31,093 nt of DNA from Flavobacteriaceae bacterium (GTDB taxonomy: Bacteria; Bacteroidota; Bacteroidia; Flavobacteriales; Flavobacteriaceae): positions 1 to 31,093 of the forward strand of contig JABSPN010000002.1 in assembly GCA_013214425.1 (NCBI GenBank). The letters are read 5' to 3'. The stretch's first letter is position 1; every line of letters starts with the position of its first letter. Positions 26,715 to 31,093 of this stretch are shown in pieces. The notes beneath the pieces are model-generated. The model was not told the origin of the DNA and did no database searches. It saw only the letters and a program-made list of their open reading frames with translations. The translations under genes were made by a program, and so were the position numbers.

Positions 26715-26916
26715 ATAAGAATATTTAAATGTAAAGTGTGTATTATTTTATAAAATGAATATTAAAACATTAATTCGTTCAATCATTTTCAAGTCCATCC
26801 CATTAAAACAAGGTTTTAGAATAAGTATTAAACTTCTAAAAATGAAGCTTAAATAATGAGTAATTCATTTAATAATTTGTTAATTCTATTTTACCAAGTA
26901 ATATTTTAACATCCTA

Positions 26917-26924
26917 CAAAGTTA
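26917..26924 (-). promoter_or_regulatory. -7 promoter element for the 1566-aa adhesin-porP transcript
   Basis: Minus-strand TAACTTTG, just downstream of the upstream paralog's terminator and about 200 nt from the ATG. Confidence 0.5.
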
Positions 26925-26960
26925 AACAAATAATAACATACTAAATCTATAGGCTACTTC

Positions 26961-26993
26961 AAAAAAAAACCACAAAATCATATGATCTTGTGG
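26961..26993 (-). terminator. Intrinsic terminator after the upstream T9SS paralog
   Basis: Minus strand CCACAAGATCA-TA-TGATTTTGTGG (one G-U pair) followed by T9. Confidence 0.8.
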
Positions 26994-27020
26994 CTCCCTT
27001 ATTAATTTGAGTTATTGTTT

Positions 27021-30000
27021 TTATCGTTTCATGGCAAAATGCCCACTAAATTCCTTTTCCACTTCATCTTCGATATAGGTCAACTTAAACCAGTAATCTG
27101 TTGCCGGCATTGCATTCCCATTATAGATACCATCCCAACCAATTCCATTTGGATCTACTTGTTTTAATAGTTTACCATATCTGTCAAAGATGTATAGTTT
27201 GGTAATGTTTCCACAATGTCCACCAATGATGTTCCAGGTATCATGATACCCATCAGCATTTGGAGTGAAGTACTTTGGATAATCTATCACACATACCTCA
27301 ATGATCACCTCGTCACACCATCCATCAATATCTCTAATGGTTACATAGTGTACTCCAGGTTCCACACCTGTAAAGATACCACTATCCTGAAATGGTCCTC
27401 CATCTAAACTAAATACATACGTACCCAGTCCAGTAGCATAGGCCTCAATAGTATGGTTTTCTGCAAACGCTACTGTTGTCACATCCGCACCAAAGGTAAG
27501 CGGTGGTGAAGAAGATCCAATAGTAATGGTAGCGGTGTTGAAACATCCATCTCCATTAGCATTGTATACGTTGACCGTATAATCTCCAGGTAGTTCAGCA
27601 AAGATACCCGGTGTAGTATCTGGTAATAAGTCAGTACCTAATAACCACTCAAAGGTATATAAAGTAGGATCTAATCCTGTGTCTAAGAATGGGAAGTCTG
27701 GTATTCCAACTCCATTAACATCTAAACACACCACAGGTCTGTCTGCCGTTAGCTCAAAGTTTGGTATTGGATTGTAGAGATCAAAACTTACCAGTTCAAA
27801 ACATCCTGTACCTGGACTCTCTACTCTTACCCAAATAGTTTGTGGGTTAGAAGTATTGGCATAGTTCATTGGATCTCCTGTATCGTTAATATCATTTTGA
27901 TCATTCACTGCATCATCATAAGAAGTAAAGTATCCTGTGATTACTGATAAGGCATCAGTAGATAAAATTAGACTATCATAAGTGGTTAAATTAAAGACAG
28001 CCGAACCATCTGCATCTGCATCACACTCCGTTAGCGGATCAATACCATATGGATATGGTGTTGGGTTTGGTTTTACCTCAATAGTGAGTATAGTAATTGT
28101 AGCACATCCTGTTGTATTATCAGTTACCACTACTCCAAGAGTTTGTGGGTTTAAGATATTCTGATATGCTGTAGGATCAGCAATAGCACCAACACCTGCT
28201 TGTGCATCTGCAAGAGACGGATAGTAAGTAATGGTCACATTGGTATTTCCTTGAGCAATCTCACCGTTTTTCACCGTTAGATCAAATATCGAGAACCCGT
28301 CATTGTTTTGTCCCAGATCATCACAGATAATCAGTGGAGTGGCTACCTGCGTAGGATCAATCGGTGCATCCTGTACCACTAGATTTAGTGGACGAATGGC
28401 AGGACATCCAGAAGTTTGAGTATCACTCCATACTCGTACCCATACTGTTTGATTGTATGCAATGATATTGGTATAAGCAGTAGGCGTAGCAATGATTGGT
28501 GTTCCTGCAATAGCATCGGCTTCTGATTCGTGATAAGTCACTGAATAATCAGCTGGTACACCGACAAGATCAGGATCAGAGAAGATGTTCGCCTCAGAAG
28601 AGGTTAAATCAAAAATGGCAAATCCATCTTGATCATCATCACAGATCACCAGATCATCTAACTCTTCAGGAATAGCAGGTCCATCGATTACATGTAAAGT
28701 AATAGTTAATTGTGTATTGATACATCCCGTTAAGTTATCTAATAAACGAATATAGATTGTCTGTGGATTAGTCTGACTCGAGTTGTTAAACGGACTGACA
28801 ATTGGAGAACCACCAGCATTGGCTTCATCTTGTGTTAAGTGGAAGGTTACCGTTACATTCGGATCAGTTGTAATGTTCGGGATTTGAGCATCCAGATCAA
28901 ATTCTCCTACATCATCATTGTCATCATCACAAAAGAATAAATCAGGAGGTGTAGTTCCTAGTACTGTATTGACAATTAAATCAAAACTATTGATGTCGAA
29001 ACATCCCGAAGTTGTATTTTCAATTCTCACCCAGATTGTTTCAGGCGATGGAGGCGTGTTAGCATAAGTTGTAGGATTGGAAATAGCAGCCGTTCCTGCA
29101 GTCGCATCCGCTATCGAGTTATGATAAGTTACCACAACTCCTGCTTGTCCACCTATGATAGTATTCTCATGAGTAGTCAGATCGAAGATCATGATATTAT
29201 CCATATCATCATCACAAACTTCTAAATCAGGAGAAGCATTGGCAACAGGTGATATATTAACTGTAATAACAAAAGTATTTTCCGCCCAACAGTTGTTCGG
29301 AGTCGTTCCCGTATCGGCATAGACATACATTGTGGTAGTAGAGGTAATGACATCACCAGCAAAATATGCTGTTCCGCTTCCGTTAGGTCCGTCAAAATAA
29401 TTACCTACAGCCAGAGCTGGTAAGGTATAACTATCACAAACAGTCACATCATTAGGTGCATCAGGAACAGGTGTATTATCTATAGTAATAATAAAAGTGT
29501 TTTCTGCCCAACAGTTGTTCGGAGTCGTTCCCGTTTCTGCATAGACATACATAGTTGTAGTTGCTGTGATGTTATCTCCAGGGTTAAAAGCCGTTCCACT
29601 TCCGTTAGGTCCATCAAAATAGTTACCTACTGCTAGAGCTGGTAAAGTATAACTATCACAGGCTTGCACATCTACAGGCGCATCAGGAGTAGGAGTGATG
29701 TCAATGGTCACAGTAAAGCTTGATTGATCACTACACATATCTCCAGTACCGGTAGCCGCATAAATATAAATAGTTTGAGTAGTGGTGATGACATCTCCGG
29801 CATTCATAATGGTTCCAGTACCTCCAACTCCAGAGTAGTAGTTCCCTGAAACAAGAGCTGGTAAGACATAACTATCACAAGCTTGTACATCAGTGAGTAC
29901 ATCCACCGTTGGGGTGAAATTCATAGTAATATCAAAACTAGATTCATCCCAACATATATTTCCTGGTCCATTAGCCGCGTAGATATAGACAGTCATGGTT

Positions 30001-31093
30001 GTGACTATAGTATCCCCGGCATTCATCATAGTTCCCGTAGCATTCGGTCCAGTCCAGTAATTATTTCCAGCCGAAATAGCTGGTAATACATAAGAATCAC
30101 AAACCTCTAGATCTGGTAAAGTGTCAGCAGTAGGCATTCCTACAATAGTTAAGTTTACGGGGATTCTAGTACTGACACATCCAGAGACATTTTGCTCAGC
30201 TTCCGCATAATAAGTATACGTACCAGGAGTTAATGGTCCAGGAGGTGTATAGGTCCAGCTATTGGCTAATAATAAGGTGCCTCCAACAGGAGCATCATAC
30301 CAGTTTACCTGATCTCCTAAAGCAGGTGCACCTGGTAAGGTAACACTTAGAGCTGGTATAGGGGTTCCATCATCACATATGGTTTGATCGATAGGGTTGA
30401 TAGGTGGATCAATAAATGGACAGGCACAATTAGGTGCTGTTACATCTAAAGTATCCACACAAGTAGCATTGACAGCACTAGTTGCTGTAATGGTTATATT
30501 AGTTCCCGCTGGTACACCAATAATAGTGTTTCCTACTACAGTACCTGCAGTCGACGTTACAATTGCCCCAGCTGGTGTTACGGTAAAGGTTACATCATAA
30601 GTTAGTAAATCGGCAGCACAAGTAGAAGAAACAAACGTTAAGACTGGTGTTTCATCAATGTTTACTGTAGCTCTTGATGTATCATCAGGACATGGTGCAA
30701 TACCTGTCACAGTATAATCAAAAGTAGAAGTTGTGGCTCCAACAGCGGGTAAGAAAGTACCTGCAGCAGCATTAAATGTACCGCCAGTACCTGAAGTTCT
30801 AGTCCAAATACCTCCTGCATCTTCTCCAGTAATTAAGGCAAATAAATCTATAAGAGCTGTACTATCATCACAAATGGTTGTTGCTCCATCTGTACCTGCT
30901 GTTACTGCAGGGTTAATAGTTACAGTTGCAGTAGAGGTATCATCAGCACAAGGTGCTACACCAGTTAAGGTATAATCAAAAGTAGAAGTTGTAGCTCCTG
31001 CAGCTGGTAAGAAGGTTCCAGCCGCCGCATTGAATGTACCACCAGTGCCCGAGGTTCTTACCCAAGTTCCACCAACATCTTCCCCAGTGATTA
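27021..31093 (-). CDS. Second large T9SS type-B-sorted surface protein, 5' part outside the window
   Basis: Frame is open from 31091 (ITGEDVGGTWVRTSG...) to the stop at 27021; the ORF-track start at 30710 is an internal GTG. Same module order and type-B CTD as the downstream paralog. Confidence 0.93.
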   Translation of the reverse strand, partial: ITGEDVGGTWVRTSGTGGTFNAAAGTFLPAAGATTSTFDYTLTGVAPCADDTSTATVTINPAVTAGTDGATTICDDSTALIDLFALITGEDAGGIWTRTSGTGGTFNAAAGTFLPAVGATTSTFDYTVTGIAPCPDDTSRATVNIDETPVLTFVSSTCAADLLTYDVTFTVTPAGAIVTSTAGTVVGNTIIGVPAGTNITITATSAVNATCVDTLDVTAPNCACPFIDPPINPIDQTICDDGTPIPALSVTLPGAPALGDQVNWYDAPVGGTLLLANSWTYTPPGPLTPGTYTYYAEAEQNVSGCVSTRIPVNLTIVGMPTADTLPDLEVCDSYVLPAISAGNNYWTGPNATGTMMNAGDTIVTTMTVYIYAANGPGNICWDESSFDITMNFTPTVDVLTDVQACDSYVLPALVSGNYYSGVGGTGTIMNAGDVITTTQTIYIYAATGTGDMCSDQSSFTVTIDITPTPDAPVDVQACDSYTLPALAVGNYFDGPNGSGTAFNPGDNITATTTMYVYAETGTTPNNCWAENTFIITIDNTPVPDAPNDVTVCDSYTLPALAVGNYFDGPNGSGTAYFAGDVITSTTTMYVYADTGTTPNNCWAENTFVITVNISPVANASPDLEVCDDDMDNIMIFDLTTHENTIIGGQAGVVVTYHNSIADATAGTAAISNPTTYANTPPSPETIWVRIENTTSGCFDINSFDLIVNTVLGTTPPDLFFCDDDNDDVGEFDLDAQIPNITTDPNVTVTFHLTQDEANAGGSPIVSPFNNSSQTNPQTIYIRLLDNLTGCINTQLTITLHVIDGPAIPEELDDLVICDDDQDGFAIFDLTSSEANIFSDPDLVGVPADYSVTYHESEADAIAGTPIIATPTAYTNIIAYNQTVWVRVWSDTQTSGCPAIRPLNLVVQDAPIDPTQVATPLIICDDLGQNNDGFSIFDLTVKNGEIAQGNTNVTITYYPSLADAQAGVGAIADPTAYQNILNPQTLGVVVTDNTTGCATITILTIEVKPNPTPYPYGIDPLTECDADADGSAVFNLTTYDSLILSTDALSVITGYFTSYDDAVNDQNDINDTGDPMNYANTSNPQTIWVRVESPGTGCFELVSFDLYNPIPNFELTADRPVVCLDVNGVGIPDFPFLDTGLDPTLYTFEWLLGTDLLPDTTPGIFAELPGDYTVNVYNANGDGCFNTATITIGSSSPPLTFGADVTTVAFAENHTIEAYATGLGTYVFSLDGGPFQDSGIFTGVEPGVHYVTIRDIDGWCDEVIIEVCVIDYPKYFTPNADGYHDTWNIIGGHCGNITKLYIFDRYGKLLKQVDPNGIGWDGIYNGNAMPATDYWFKLTYIEDEVEKEFSGHFAMKR
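29247..30130 (-). repeat. Four tandem coding repeats of about 73-74 aa (CDSYxLPAL...C...F.IT)
   Basis: Units 3 and 4 are offset by exactly 222 bp and share an identical 29-bp stretch GCCCAACAGTTGTTCGGAGTCGTTCCCGT (29284 and 29506). Confidence 0.9.
30650..31093 (-). repeat. Tandem 258-bp (86-aa) Thr/Gly-rich coding repeats
   Basis: ITGED.GG.W.RTSGTGGTF.A.AGTF.PA.GATTSTFDYT recurs at 31091 and 30833; a single copy sits in the downstream paralog at about 25179-25436. Confidence 0.88.

Noticed and set aside
26855-26864. Single ATTACTCATT half-site (minus strand) in the adhesin leader, hinting at LytTR control of the adhesin
   Set aside because: No second repeat at plus or minus 21 bp; insufficient to claim co-regulation.
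26715-27020. Invertible promoter, tRNA or riboswitch in the inter-adhesin gap
   Set aside because: No inverted repeats flank the promoter, no recombinase is nearby, and no cloverleaf or aptamer motif was recognised.
39-30600. Short ORF-track entries overlapping long genes (e.g. 2701-3063, 3487-3696, 8288-8656, 11945-12214, 14276-14623, 16268-16558, 23233-23523)
   Set aside because: They lie antisense to, or out of frame within, well-supported genes, have no recognisable motifs, and look like shadow ORFs.
30733-30975. Plus-strand 80-aa ORF, and a start of the second adhesin at 30710
   Set aside because: The minus-strand adhesin frame is open through to 31091; the plus ORF is its antisense shadow and 30710 is an internal GTG.
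29247-31093. CRISPR-like or non-coding repeat array
   Set aside because: Periods of 219-258 bp are multiples of three, in frame and degenerate at third positions; there are no unique spacers or cas genes.

Overview
AT-rich Bacteroidota chromosome segment, most consistent with Flavobacteriaceae (gene content, TAnnTTTG promoters, T9SS genes). No rRNA, tRNA, CRISPR array, integrase or transposase was recognised. Left half: outer-membrane biogenesis operon (porG-uppS-bamA-skp-skp, minus strand), CBS protein-nadK, pdxJ-esterase, a FadL-type porin plus SGNH lipoprotein, a 4-TM holin-like gene, and tig-clpP-clpX. murI follows clpX rather than the skp genes, which suggests a local inversion. Right half: a TPR/LytS histidine kinase-LytTR-gamma carbonic anhydrase operon divergent from a vWA lipoprotein gene whose promoter carries three CTCATT repeats at exact 21-bp spacing. 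After that come a PorP/SprF-family gene and two tandem, paralogous, repeat-rich T9SS type-B surface proteins; one has a nidogen(NIDO)-like tip and the other runs off the window. Best candidates for a new system are the vWA lipoprotein/LytS-LytTR circuit and the paired adhesins sharing one PorP/SprF. Domain calls are from motif recognition only; no database searches were run.
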